IMG/VR virus record: IMGVR_UViG_3300029319_000020
Coordinates: 14,437 to 78,436 of that record
From: a virus
Lineage: Duplodnaviria; Caudoviricetes
Length of the DNA: 64,000 nt
Reading direction: 5' to 3' (one strand)
This document shows, in pieces, positions 1 to 9,832 of the stretch (the stretch's first letter is position 1; each line of letters begins with the position of its first letter). The position numbers and the translations under genes are program-made. Below the pieces are notes generated by a model. The model was not told where the DNA came from. It did not search any database and saw only the letters and a program-made list of their open reading frames with translations.

Positions 1-2
1 CA

Positions 3-1298
3 GCAGAAGGTGCTTTTCGTTCTATATTTAAGCTTGATGGTACTGTTTCTGAAACAAGAGCTAAATATATTCAATATGACCCTGATCTTCTAGCTTCTGT
101 TAATGATGGTTTAGGTGTTGTTATCTTGGATGTTGCTGATGATCTTTTTGATAGTATTGATTACAACTTATTATCTTCTATTTCTTTTTCAGGATCTGCT
201 TGTCCTACAAATCTTTTGGAAGCTCTTGGTAACAATGGTAATATTACACAACCTGGTGCAGAATCTGAAGTTAAGCTTATTCGTCGTTTAACAACACGCG
301 TTAAAGCTGCTGATGCTGCAACTTCAGTAGATGCTGTTCGATTTGTATTTACAATCGCTGATAGTTCAGATATTTCAGCTGAATCTGATGCTGCAACTGC
401 TATCGCTTCGGCTGATATCGCAGCTGGTGCTTTCCAGTATCCTAAAAAAGATGCAATCACATCTTCATCAGGAAAACTTGGTGCAATTGACAGTTTTACA
501 TTCCCATTTGAAGGAAGTGAAGCGATGCCAGAAATCGATATCAAGGTAGATTCAATCGCAATTACAGCAACAACCAAAAAGTTAAAAGCTAAGTGGACTC
601 CAGAATTGGGTCAAGATCTTAATGCTTATCACAACTTGGATGCTGAAGTTGAATTGACATCTATTCTTTCAGAACAAATTGCTTTGGAAATCGATCGTGA
701 ATTACTTGGCGAACTTGTTAATGGCGCAACTGCTGCAACATACTACTGGTCTCGTTCACCTGGTCTTTTTGTAAATAAAGTGACTGGTCAAGAACTTGGT
801 GCTTCTTCTGCTGCTCCTGACTTTACAGGAACTGTTTCAGAATGGTATGAAACTCTTATTGAAACCATCAATGACGTTTCTGCACAGATCCACTTGAAGA
901 CACTTCGTGGTGGTGCTAACTACATTGTTTGTGGTCCTGAAGTTGCTAACATTCTTGAGTTCACCTCTGGATTCCGTGCTAACGTTACAGCTGATGCTGA
1001 CAAAGGTCAAATCGGAGCCGTTAAGGTTGGTGCACTTTCTCGTAAGTTTGATGTAATCGTTGATCCTTACTTCCCAAGAAATGCTATTCTTGTTGGACGT
1101 AAAGGTGGTTCTTTCTTAGAATCAGGATACGTTTATGCTCCTTACGTTCCACTACAAACAACACCTACAATCTTCGGTGTCGAAGACTTTGTGCCACGTA
1201 AAGGCGTAATGACTCGATACGGTAAGAAGATGGTTCGTCCTGATATGTACGGTCTTGTAATTTGTCGTGGTCTTTTAGGTGAAGAAGGTTCTTCCTAA
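3..1298 (+). CDS. gp23: Major capsid protein, T4 gp23-like (5' end outside window)
   Basis: Frame is open from base 3. Motifs PEIDIK, KLKAKWTPELGQDL, LSEQIALEIDRE, GYVYAPYVPL and GVMTRYG are typical of gp23-like capsid proteins. Confidence 0.95.
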   Translation, partial: AEGAFRSIFKLDGTVSETRAKYIQYDPDLLASVNDGLGVVILDVADDLFDSIDYNLLSSISFSGSACPTNLLEALGNNGNITQPGAESEVKLIRRLTTRVKAADAATSVDAVRFVFTIADSSDISAESDAATAIASADIAAGAFQYPKKDAITSSSGKLGAIDSFTFPFEGSEAMPEIDIKVDSIAITATTKKLKAKWTPELGQDLNAYHNLDAEVELTSILSEQIALEIDRELLGELVNGATAATYYWSRSPGLFVNKVTGQELGASSAAPDFTGTVSEWYETLIETINDVSAQIHLKTLRGGANYIVCGPEVANILEFTSGFRANVTADADKGQIGAVKVGALSRKFDVIVDPYFPRNAILVGRKGGSFLESGYVYAPYVPLQTTPTIFGVEDFVPRKGVMTRYGKKMVRPDMYGLVICRGLLGEEGSS

Positions 1299-1329
1299 TT
1301 TTTGATTAGTTGAATTTATTCATCATGAG

Positions 1330-1365
1330 AGCCCCTTGGATTTTCCTTGGGGCTTTTCTTTTTTT
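1330..1365 (+). terminator. Intrinsic terminator after capsid gene
   Basis: AGCCCC-TT-GGA-ttt-TCC-TT-GGGGCT hairpin followed by a T-tract. Confidence 0.85.
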
Positions 1366-1369
1366 AAAA

Positions 1370-1378
1370 ACTATTTAC
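1370..1378 (+). promoter_or_regulatory. Putative late-promoter motif ACTATTTAC
   Basis: Same 9-mer recurs upstream of most structural genes. Confidence 0.6.
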
Positions 1379-1389
1379 TACGACTTGAA

Positions 1390-1461
1390 TTCTGGTCTCC
1401 TTTGGGCGAGGCCCCTGCTCACTGTCTCTACCGGAATGGGGCTGGTAGAAACTGACCAGAA
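1390..1461 (+). ncRNA. Candidate structured leader / cis-RNA
   Basis: GC-rich island. TTCTGGTC(1390-97)/GACCAGAA(1454-61) closes two hairpins, GGGC-GAG-GCCC and TCTACC..GGTAGA. Confidence 0.4.
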
Positions 1462-1493
1462 AACAGGTCCATAATTTAAAAAGGAGAAATATT

Positions 1494-2069
1494 ATGGGAA
1501 ATAGAAGATTAGGAGCAAGACGTTTAGATTCTTTGCTTAGAAGAGGAACAACTGGTAAAGATACTTCTTACCAAGCTGGACCGGGAATTTCAGGAGCAAT
1601 TGTAAGCCATAGAATGTTTAATGAAGGTGTCTTCATTGTAACAGAGATAGTAGTAGACTTAGGTGCATCAGGAGTAAATATTGTTTCTAGTGATGGTGCT
1701 GATGAAGCATTTGGAGTTGCTGCTAGTGGTGGTTGTCAATTAATGCAGTGGGAAAATGATATTCACGGTCAATTTTTATTTTCAGAAGCTTTTGTTGTAG
1801 AAACTTTTACAACAGTTACAGCAGTTAGTTTGTCTAGTGGTACAGCTGTAAATGCTGTTTCTGATACAATTACAGGTAGAGCTGATGTTCAAGCTGGTAT
1901 TGCTACAAATGCACTTGGAAGCGCTTCAGCTCACGGAGGCTCAACTGCATTAGCTGATGGGGAATACTTGTATCTCACAGCAGATAACGGTACAGAAACT
2001 ACAATGAATGCTGGTCAAATAATAATTCGTTTGGTCGGTGCTAAACCTACTGACATATCAAAAGATTAA
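1494..2069 (+). CDS. Hypothetical virion protein (possible head decoration)
   Basis: Good RBS (AAGGAG). Lies directly after MCP behind the late motif; Gly/Ala/Thr-rich and beta-like. Confidence 0.55.
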   Translation: MGNRRLGARRLDSLLRRGTTGKDTSYQAGPGISGAIVSHRMFNEGVFIVTEIVVDLGASGVNIVSSDGADEAFGVAASGGCQLMQWENDIHGQFLFSEAFVVETFTTVTAVSLSSGTAVNAVSDTITGRADVQAGIATNALGSASAHGGSTALADGEYLYLTADNGTETTMNAGQIIIRLVGAKPTDISKD

Positions 2070-2089
2070 TTTAACCAAAGGAGTATAAA

Positions 2090-2266
2090 ATGATCAGATC
2101 ATCTAGAATAAGCGAAGAGCAAAAAGCTAAAAAGGTCGAAGAAGCTAAACGTAAAGCAGAGGCGGAAGCCGAAGCAAAGCGTAAAGCTGATGAGGCTAAG
2201 AAAAAAGCTGCTGCAAAGAAAAAAGCGGAGGCTGCAAAGAAAAAAGCTGCTTCTACAGAGGAGTAG
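2090..2266 (+). CDS. 58-aa Lys/Ala/Glu-rich peptide (histone H1/TolA-like composition)
   Basis: Not in ORF track. AAGGAG RBS; MIRSSRISEEQKAKKVEEAKRKAEAEAEAKRKADEAKKKAAAKKKAEAAKKKAASTEE. Confidence 0.7.
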   Translation: MIRSSRISEEQKAKKVEEAKRKAEAEAEAKRKADEAKKKAAAKKKAEAAKKKAASTEE

Positions 2267-2275
2267 ACTAATTAC
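2267..2275 (+). promoter_or_regulatory. Putative late-promoter motif ACTAATTAC
   Basis: Motif match immediately after the stop codon at 2266. Confidence 0.4.
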
Positions 2276-2314
2276 TCTGTATACTTAACGCATATGTGTT
2301 AGTCCTCCGCTCTT

Positions 2315-2350
2315 GCCCCTTGCTCTCCAATTGCTTGGGGCTTTTCTTTT
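2315..2350 (+). terminator. Intrinsic terminator
   Basis: GCCCC-TT-GC...GC-TT-GGGGC followed by TTTTCTTTTT. Confidence 0.8.
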
Positions 2351-2356
2351 TAAAAA

Positions 2357-2365
2357 ACTAATTAC
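2357..2365 (+). promoter_or_regulatory. Putative late-promoter motif ACTAATTAC
   Basis: Sits between the terminator and the neck gene RBS. Confidence 0.6.
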
Positions 2366-2385
2366 TTGGAATGGAGGCTCCATGT

Positions 2386-3630
2386 ATGTCATTACCAACT
2401 TTAACACCAACATCAACTCAATCAGCGATCGCTTTACCTGTAACAGGAAACTTTTCTAACGTTGCTGCTGCATGCCCAATGGGTATCTATACAGGATCTG
2501 CTGAGTTTATAACAGGAGCAGTAAAACAAGTCAAGTTTACATTTAAAAGACTTGGTGGAGACGTTCTTGATATTGAACTAACAGAGCAAAATGTTTATGC
2601 TAACTACGAAGAAGCAGTTCTTGAATATTCTTATATTGTAAATAAACACCAAGCAAAAAACGTTATTGGATCAGCTCTTGGAAGCCCCACAGGATCTTTT
2701 GATCATAAAGGTCAAGTTACAGAAGGACCTCAAGGATACGCACTTAAGTACCCAAAATTTTCTTTTGAAGCCGCTTTTAGAATTGGAGATGCTTTTGCCA
2801 CAGAAGCTGGTATTGGTGGAACAACGCCTATATATAGCGCTTCTGTGACCGTAAACCCAGGACAGCAGGATTATGATCTACAAGCAATTGTAAGCTCTTC
2901 AGCAGCTGCTGGTAACGTTGAGTATGCAAATCTAGTTGGAGATAACAGAATAAAAATAAGAAAAATGTATTATATCTCTCCTCAACAAATGTGGAGATTT
3001 TATGGATACTATGGTGGTCTTAATGTTGTTGGAGATTACAATAACTATGGACAGTATGCCGATGATTCAACTTTTCAAGTTATTCCGGCTTATCACAATA
3101 AATTACAGGCCATAGCTTATGAAGATCATCTTTATACAAGAACTTCTCATTATTCTTATGAAATAATTAACAATAAGCTAAGGTTATATCCAATACCAAC
3201 ATCAGTGTCTCCAGAAGAATTTTGGTTTCGATTTACAATTGAAGATGGAGACATTTGGACCAACACTGGAGCTGGGCAAGACGGTGTCAACAACATGAAC
3301 ACTCTTCCATTTGAAAATTTACCTTATGAAAATATAAATTCTATAGGTAAGCAATGGATAAGAAGGTATTCTTTGGCTCTTTCAAAAGAGACTCTTGGTC
3401 AAATAAGAGGCAAGTTTGGAGGACAAATACCAATACCCGGAGATAACATAACCCTTAATGCTTCAGATCTGCTTGGACAAGCTAAAGAAGAACAAACAGC
3501 TCTCAAAGAGGAACTAAATAAGATCTTAGATGAGATAACTTACTCTAAACTAATGGAAGCTGATAAAACAATGACTGAGAACGCAAAAGAAATTGTAGCA
3601 GATAGTCCGATGGGAATTTTTGTAGGATAA
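2386..3630 (+). CDS. Neck protein, gp13-like
   Basis: GGAGG RBS before ATG 2386. RLGGDVLDIELTE and WIRRYSLALSKETLGQIRGKF motifs; position after the head genes. Confidence 0.75.
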   Translation: MSLPTLTPTSTQSAIALPVTGNFSNVAAACPMGIYTGSAEFITGAVKQVKFTFKRLGGDVLDIELTEQNVYANYEEAVLEYSYIVNKHQAKNVIGSALGSPTGSFDHKGQVTEGPQGYALKYPKFSFEAAFRIGDAFATEAGIGGTTPIYSASVTVNPGQQDYDLQAIVSSSAAAGNVEYANLVGDNRIKIRKMYYISPQQMWRFYGYYGGLNVVGDYNNYGQYADDSTFQVIPAYHNKLQAIAYEDHLYTRTSHYSYEIINNKLRLYPIPTSVSPEEFWFRFTIEDGDIWTNTGAGQDGVNNMNTLPFENLPYENINSIGKQWIRRYSLALSKETLGQIRGKFGGQIPIPGDNITLNASDLLGQAKEEQTALKEELNKILDEITYSKLMEADKTMTENAKEIVADSPMGIFVG

Positions 3631-3634
3631 ATAA

Positions 3635-4129
3635 ATGTCAGATGATAATAAATGGTCAAAACTAGATGCTCCACCACCACCAATGTTTCTTGGAGAGAAA
3701 GAAAAGAATCTTGTAAAGCAAGTTAATGATGAAGTCATTGAAAGGGTTGTTGGGCAACAGGTCTTGTATTTTCCTATAGACATAGATCATACTAACTTTC
3801 ACCCTTTATACGGAGAAGCCATAGAAAAAACGTTTTTACCTCCTGTTAGAGTGTTTGCAAGGGTTGAGTACCAAGGCGTTGAAACAAATGTCATAGACAA
3901 TATAGGTTTAGATAAAAAAACTGCTTTAAAAGTCATGTTTCATAAAAGAAGACTAACAGAAGATCAAAACCTTTTTGTTCGAGAAGGCGATTTTGTAAAA
4001 TATGGTTCAATATTTTATGAAATTGTAAAAACAAATGAACCAAAACACCTTTTTGGTCAAGCTGATACACAATTTGAAGTAACAGCTGACTGTATAAGAG
4101 CAAGAGATGGAGTATTTAATGCAAACTGA
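3635..4129 (+). CDS. Head closure/neck protein, gp14-like
   Basis: Synteny; VLYFPID, LYGE, REGDFV..G..FYEI pattern. Confidence 0.65.
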   Translation: MSDDNKWSKLDAPPPPMFLGEKEKNLVKQVNDEVIERVVGQQVLYFPIDIDHTNFHPLYGEAIEKTFLPPVRVFARVEYQGVETNVIDNIGLDKKTALKVMFHKRRLTEDQNLFVREGDFVKYGSIFYEIVKTNEPKHLFGQADTQFEVTADCIRARDGVFNAN

Positions 4130-4955
4130 TATAATAAGATATGAAGCCTCTACTTTAGAGACAATAGACACTGGTTTATATGAGTGGGTAAATGAATTTT
4201 TAGATATTCATACACAAACTAATAAAGGTATGTTTAAAGTGCCTGTGTTGTGGCTTGGAACAGAGCGTGTTTATCAAATAAAAAATGATCAAAGAATAAG
4301 AGATAAAGTAGGAAAGTTAATTTTACCTCTTATGACAATCAACAGAGATTCAGTAGATAAAGATCCTTCTTTTAGAGGTTCGTTTCAAGCAAACATAAAA
4401 GAAGCAAATGATTATCGTGGTGGTGCAACTAAAAGATCAAGAAAAATAAACCAAGAAAAGACAAGAAATTTTCAAAATTCAATTGCTAATATTGCAACAA
4501 ACCAAGAACAAACAACAGGAAAGATAAAAGATAATAATCAAATAGTTTATGATAATTATAATGCGCCAATACCTGTTTATGTTTCTATAATGTACACTGT
4601 TACGTTAAGAACTGAGTATCAACAACAAATGAATGATCTTTTACAACCTTTTGTAACCACAACAGGGCAGATTAATTCTTTTATATTTGACAAAGACGGT
4701 CATCGTTATGAAGCTTTTATACAATCTGGTTTTGGCATGAACAATAACACAACTAACATAGGTGAAGAAGAAAGAATGTTTGAAACAAAAGTTCAAATAA
4801 AAGTTCTTGGTTATTTAATGGGAGAAGGATACACAAGATCAAGATCCGTTAATGCACGGAGAGAAAACCGAGCAAAAATTGTTATTACTGGTGAAAGAAC
4901 GATGGTTGGGGATAAAATACCTTGGAAAACAAAAGATAATGATTATAAAGACTAG
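4119..4955 (+). CDS. Tail completion/sheath stabilizer, gp15-like
   Basis: VPVLW..ER, LILPLMTINR and PIPVYVSIMYTVTL..EYQQQMN..L motifs; sits before the sheath gene. Confidence 0.7.
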   Translation: MQTDIIRYEASTLETIDTGLYEWVNEFLDIHTQTNKGMFKVPVLWLGTERVYQIKNDQRIRDKVGKLILPLMTINRDSVDKDPSFRGSFQANIKEANDYRGGATKRSRKINQEKTRNFQNSIANIATNQEQTTGKIKDNNQIVYDNYNAPIPVYVSIMYTVTLRTEYQQQMNDLLQPFVTTTGQINSFIFDKDGHRYEAFIQSGFGMNNNTTNIGEEERMFETKVQIKVLGYLMGEGYTRSRSVNARRENRAKIVITGERTMVGDKIPWKTKDNDYKD

Positions 4956-4975
4956 TGCTTTTACCTTTTCGTGTT

Positions 4976-4984
4976 ACTATTTAT
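4976..4984 (+). promoter_or_regulatory. Putative late-promoter motif ACTATTTAT
   Basis: About 30 bp upstream of the sheath start. Confidence 0.6.
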
Positions 4985-5014
4985 TGTTGAGTATTTTTTT
5001 TAAGGAGATTATAA

Positions 5015-7783
5015 ATGCCTAGAAAGTTTAGTTTTTTATCGCCTGGTGTGCAGTTGAACGAGATTGATGAATCTTTTTTACCAGCTGAGGCGCAAGATCC
5101 TGGAGTTATGATTATCGGAACCGCACCAAAAGGACCAGGACTAGAACCAGTTCTTATACCTGATTTGCAAACATTTACCGAAGTTTTTGGAGCACCTGTT
5201 ATTGAGGGCTCATCTGGTGAAGATGTTTGGAGAAATGGAAGTACGTCTGCAACATCATATGGTATGGTTGCTGCTGAAATTCATTTTAATACTGGTGTTG
5301 GAACACCTGTTAAATACGTTAGACTTACAGGAGAAAAAGATTCTTCTGTTTCTAGTGATGATTATTCTGCTGGTTGGAACCTTGGAGAAGCTGGTAATGC
5401 TAATACAGCTTTTAGTGACAATATAACAGCTTATGGACTTTGGGTTATTAATGAACAAACGTTCGTTGATACTGGAAATGCAGATGACAGTAGTGCATCT
5501 GGATCTTTGGCTGCTATTTTTTATGTTAGTGGAGCTGCTTTACACTTAAGTGGTACAGTATCAGGAATGAGTAATCAACAAGCTGCAAACAGTACTGCCG
5601 ATAAAGGTGTTGGAGTTGCTAGAAAATGTGGAGCAGGAAACATATATAAAATTTCAATCGTTAGTGATGATGCTACTGTAGCTGATGTACAAAATGTAGA
5701 TTTTAAAAGTCGTGAATCTGTTCAAGTTTACAACACAAACCCTGAACAATTAAGAGCTTCATCTAATTTTGGAAAAACAAATAAAAAATATTTCTTAGGT
5801 GAAACTTTTGAACTTGAAACAAGCAAGTACACAACAAGTACAGATGCTGGTTCACAATCTGCTATTCTGTTCCCACTACAAACTGCTGGTGGACTTAACT
5901 GGTCAGATCATAAAAGAGATTGTACGTTTGCTAAATCTGGTTGGTTTATTGACAGAAAACCAAATCAAACAAAATTATTTAAACTAACTTCTTTGCACAA
6001 AGGAGAGTCTTTTCAAAATGAATATTATCCCACAATTGAATCATTAAGATTAGGTACAGACAACCTTGATCCTTCAACATTCAAAGTCTGTATTTACAAG
6101 TTTTCTGACAATGTAAGTCCTGTTTTTTCTGCTGTTTGTTCTTTATTACCAGAAAGAGAAGATTTTATTGGAAAAATGATCGGAGATCAATTTCAAACTT
6201 GGGATTCATCACAAAAGAAATATAACTTAAGAGGAAAGTACCCTGTAACTAATAATTATGTTAGAGTTGAGTTAGCTGATGACGTTGCTAATGGAACTCT
6301 TAATGATCCTTTAGCCTTACCAGTTGGTTTTTATGGACCAGCAAAGCCTAAGAAAATTTCAATAACATCAGTCGCAAATGGTACCGGTACTATTTCTTCA
6401 AATGCATTTATAGTAAATCCAAACTCAGTTCCTCTTGGTCACAACATTGCTGCTTCTGGTGGTATGGTTGGTACATCAAGATTAACTTTAGAATGGCCAA
6501 CATTAAGACTTTCAACTACACAAGCTACTTATGGAGCTGGTTCTTTTATGGGTGTTGATCACAGTTCTCAACCTGGTGGTGATGTGTCACCTTGTTATGC
6601 TGATATTGTTAGAGCTTTACCTGGAAACAATGCTAATGCAATTGATGAACATGCAGACTCTCTTAATTCTATACTAGCATACAGTTTTATCTTTACCATG
6701 GAAGATGTAAAGAAAGCAAACGGATATTTTTATTATGAATCTGGATCTTTCAATGCAGGAACCTCAGTTGCTGCTGGTGGATCTGTTCAAACTCTTTTTG
6801 ACGACAATATCAAAAAGTTTAGAGGAAACTTCCACGGTGGATTTGATGGACTAGATATTAAGAATTCTTATCCTTTTGCAAATACAATTTTATCAGGAAA
6901 ATCTGAAGTGACTTCTTATGCTTATAATTCTATTAAGAAAGCACTTTCAACTATTGAAGATCCGGAGATTACACAATTTGATTTGTTAGCTGTCCCTGGT
7001 CTTACTAATACAACTTTAACAGATGATATTTCAAACCTTGCGAAGAAAAGACAAGATTGTCTTTATATTATGGATATACCTAGTATTTATCTTCCAAAGT
7101 ATGAAAATTCAGGAACTGAATCTTTTGGGACTTTGAACACAATTGTTTCAACCTTTAAGAATAGAAAAGTAGACTCTTCTTATGCTGCTACTTACTATCC
7201 TTGGGTAAGATACAATGGGTATGGCCTTGTTCCTCCATCAGTTGCTGCTATTGAAGCTATTTCTAAATCAGAAGCTCTTTCACAACCTTGGTTTGCTCCT
7301 GCTGGATTTAACAGAGGAACAATTAATGCAGCTTCAACAAGTGAACATTTAACAAAAGCTAACAGAGATGCTCTTTATGAAGCAAGAATTAATCCAATTG
7401 CAAAATTTCCTGCTTCTAACCAGATTGTTGCTTTTGGACAAAAAACACTTCAAAGAAGACCTTCGGCTCTTGACAGAATCAACGTCAGAAGATTGTTGAT
7501 TTATCTTAAAAGAGAGATTGGTGTCATTGCAGATCAGTTGTTGTTTGATCAAAATGTTGAATCAACTTGGGCTAGATTTACTTCACAAGCTTCTGCTGTT
7601 TTAGATCAAGTTCAATCTAACTTGGGTATTACAGAATATAAGTTGGTTCTTGACGAAACAACAACAACAGCTGATTTGGTCGACAGAAACATAATGTACG
7701 CAAAAATTCTTATTAAACCTGCAAGAGCAATAGAGTTTATCGTTGTTGACTTTGTTATAACAAGAAGTGGCGTTGAATTTTAA
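5015..7783 (+). CDS. gp18: Contractile tail sheath protein
   Basis: N-terminal SPGV..NEID; C-terminal YAATYYPWV, PWFAPAGFNRG, LDRINVRRLL and IEFIVVDFVITRSG. Confidence 0.95.
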   Translation: MPRKFSFLSPGVQLNEIDESFLPAEAQDPGVMIIGTAPKGPGLEPVLIPDLQTFTEVFGAPVIEGSSGEDVWRNGSTSATSYGMVAAEIHFNTGVGTPVKYVRLTGEKDSSVSSDDYSAGWNLGEAGNANTAFSDNITAYGLWVINEQTFVDTGNADDSSASGSLAAIFYVSGAALHLSGTVSGMSNQQAANSTADKGVGVARKCGAGNIYKISIVSDDATVADVQNVDFKSRESVQVYNTNPEQLRASSNFGKTNKKYFLGETFELETSKYTTSTDAGSQSAILFPLQTAGGLNWSDHKRDCTFAKSGWFIDRKPNQTKLFKLTSLHKGESFQNEYYPTIESLRLGTDNLDPSTFKVCIYKFSDNVSPVFSAVCSLLPEREDFIGKMIGDQFQTWDSSQKKYNLRGKYPVTNNYVRVELADDVANGTLNDPLALPVGFYGPAKPKKISITSVANGTGTISSNAFIVNPNSVPLGHNIAASGGMVGTSRLTLEWPTLRLSTTQATYGAGSFMGVDHSSQPGGDVSPCYADIVRALPGNNANAIDEHADSLNSILAYSFIFTMEDVKKANGYFYYESGSFNAGTSVAAGGSVQTLFDDNIKKFRGNFHGGFDGLDIKNSYPFANTILSGKSEVTSYAYNSIKKALSTIEDPEITQFDLLAVPGLTNTTLTDDISNLAKKRQDCLYIMDIPSIYLPKYENSGTESFGTLNTIVSTFKNRKVDSSYAATYYPWVRYNGYGLVPPSVAAIEAISKSEALSQPWFAPAGFNRGTINAASTSEHLTKANRDALYEARINPIAKFPASNQIVAFGQKTLQRRPSALDRINVRRLLIYLKREIGVIADQLLFDQNVESTWARFTSQASAVLDQVQSNLGITEYKLVLDETTTTADLVDRNIMYAKILIKPARAIEFIVVDFVITRSGVEF

Positions 7784-7790
7784 ATAAAAA

Positions 7791-7799
7791 ACTAATTAA
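7791..7799 (+). promoter_or_regulatory. Putative late-promoter motif ACTAATTAA
   Basis: Upstream of the tube gene. Confidence 0.5.
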
Positions 7800-7826
7800 G
7801 ATTATAATATATAGGAGAATAATAAT

Positions 7827-8435
7827 ATGAGTTTTTGGACAGATGGTTCGGTTGAACCAAAAAGAAATTACAGATACCTTGTTACATTTACAGGAGTTCA
7901 AGGTGCAACTGAAAATAAAACAGTTTTGGATGAAACTAATGTTATCTGGTTTGCTAAAAATGTAACAGTTCCTTCGTTTAATGTTACTTCGGTAACTCAT
8001 GATTTCTTGGATAACAAATACTACTATCCTGGTCGCGTTGAGTGGCAAACAATAAGTTTAACTCTTGTTGATCCAGTTTCTCCTGATGCTGTAGAATTTG
8101 TAAACGAAATACTAACAAATACCGGTTATAAAATCAAAGGACAAGGTGCAGCTAAAATAAGCACCGGAGCTGGCCTTGGAGCTACAACAATATCAAAATC
8201 TGGTGCTATAAAGGCTGGGTTGGGTAACTTAACTATTGATATTATTAATGAAAATGGAGAATCTTTGGAACAATGGAAGTTGCAAAATCCTTTTATTGAA
8301 TCAGCAAAGTTTGGAGATCTAGATTATACAAACGATGAGTTAAGAACTGTTGAACTAACCATCAAGTATGATTGGGCAACCTGTGATGTTGGCGTTAGCA
8401 AAGGTGATCCATTCTATCAAATAAAAGACACCTAA
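7827..8435 (+). CDS. gp19: Tail tube protein
   Basis: EPKRNYRY, YYPGRVEWQTISLTLVDP, FGDLDY and LTIKYDWA; follows the sheath gene. Confidence 0.9.
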   Translation: MSFWTDGSVEPKRNYRYLVTFTGVQGATENKTVLDETNVIWFAKNVTVPSFNVTSVTHDFLDNKYYYPGRVEWQTISLTLVDPVSPDAVEFVNEILTNTGYKIKGQGAAKISTGAGLGATTISKSGAIKAGLGNLTIDIINENGESLEQWKLQNPFIESAKFGDLDYTNDELRTVELTIKYDWATCDVGVSKGDPFYQIKDT

Positions 8436-8454
8436 TAAAACAGGCAATTAATTT

Positions 8455-8997
8455 ATGTTTTGGACTAATCCAACCACAATTGAACCCTTACGACAACACC
8501 GTTGGTTATTATCAAACGGTGTTGTTTGGGTTTGGGCAAAATCTGTCAAACCTCCTTCTCATACTATTGAAACACAAAAGTATCAAATTGGCAATCACAG
8601 GATTAACTATCCCGGTTTGTTGGAGTGGCAAGATGTTACTGTAACCATAGTAGATCTAACCACTCCTTTAGATGTCCAAGGAACAGAAACACCAAATTCA
8701 CAAGCATTGTATGATAGCTTGAGAGACAGTGGTTATGATCCTAATGGTGTTGGAGACGGAATATCAAAACAAAGGTTAGCTGCTGGTGTAAAACACATTT
8801 TTCATGCTACTGCTGGTGCTGAGTTAAAGATTTCACAAATAGACCATACCGGAAAACAAATACAACAATGGAAACTATTTAACGCTTTAATTAAAGATGT
8901 TACTGTTGGACAACTAGATTATTCTAGTGATGAACTAATTACTATAGATTTAACTATAGCATATGACCATGCTGAGTTAACATATCAAGATGAATAA
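8455..8997 (+). CDS. Second tail tube-like paralog
   Basis: EP.RQHRW, YPG..EWQDVT.T..D, GQLDYSSDEL and LTIAYDHA parallel the preceding tube gene. Confidence 0.8.
   Translation: MFWTNPTTIEPLRQHRWLLSNGVVWVWAKSVKPPSHTIETQKYQIGNHRINYPGLLEWQDVTVTIVDLTTPLDVQGTETPNSQALYDSLRDSGYDPNGVGDGISKQRLAAGVKHIFHATAGAELKISQIDHTGKQIQQWKLFNALIKDVTVGQLDYSSDELITIDLTIAYDHAELTYQDE
8934..8942 (+). promoter_or_regulatory. Putative late-promoter motif ACTAATTAC (intragenic)
   Basis: About 70 bp upstream of the gene at 9010. Confidence 0.35.
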
Positions 8998-9009
8998 CAA
9001 GAGGTGTAA

Positions 9010-9828
9010 ATGAAAAACGATTTAATTGATGACAAAAAACAAAACAGCGATGAAACAGCAGCTTTAAATGTACTTGATTTTATAACACCAACAGAAATAG
9101 TAGACTTACCTTCAAAAGGATTAGGATATCCCAAAGATCATGCTCTTTGTGGAAAAGATTCTATTGAGATAAAGTTTATGACAGCAAAGGAAGAAGACAT
9201 TCTATCCTCTGCCTCTCTGTTGAAAAAAGGAATTGCTTTGGAAAGGTTTTTAAAAGCAATAGTTAAAGATCAATCAATAGACACAGAGAAAATGCTTTCT
9301 GGTGATAGAAATGCTGTTATAATTGCGGCTAGGAGGTCTGGCTATGGTGCAGATTATGAAACAAAAGTTAACTGTCCTGCATGCGGTGAAGTAAACAAAA
9401 TGACATTTGATTTATCTCAACCAAAAATTAAAGAACCATCAAGCGAAGTTGAAATAGATGATCAAGGCATAATGACAGTTATGACCCCAATGACAAAAAT
9501 TGAAATAAAAATGAAGTTAATGAACGGTAAAGACGAAACTTATCTAGCAAAACAAGCCAAAATGAAGAAAGATAAAAACCTTCCAGATTCTCAAATAACA
9601 GATCAGTTCAAAAGAATGATTGTTTCTGTTGCTGGACATACTGATCGTCAAGTTATTAACATATATGTTGATAAAATGCCAACAAGAGACTCAAGATATC
9701 TTCGAAAAATATTTAAAGAAGCGTCTCCAAATGTTGAAATAAAAGAAATGTTTACTTGCAGGTCTTGCAACTTTACGCAAGAATTGGAGGTGCCTTTCGG
9801 GGCGGACTTTTTTTGGCCTGACACCTAA
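9010..9828 (+). CDS. Baseplate hub/tail assembly protein, gp26-like
   Basis: VDLPSKG..YP, MTAKEEDIL, GDRNAV...AR..GYG, two CxxC pairs, C-terminal FFWP. Confidence 0.75.
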   Translation: MKNDLIDDKKQNSDETAALNVLDFITPTEIVDLPSKGLGYPKDHALCGKDSIEIKFMTAKEEDILSSASLLKKGIALERFLKAIVKDQSIDTEKMLSGDRNAVIIAARRSGYGADYETKVNCPACGEVNKMTFDLSQPKIKEPSSEVEIDDQGIMTVMTPMTKIEIKMKLMNGKDETYLAKQAKMKKDKNLPDSQITDQFKRMIVSVAGHTDRQVINIYVDKMPTRDSRYLRKIFKEASPNVEIKEMFTCRSCNFTQELEVPFGADFFWPDT

Positions 9829-9832
9829 ATAT

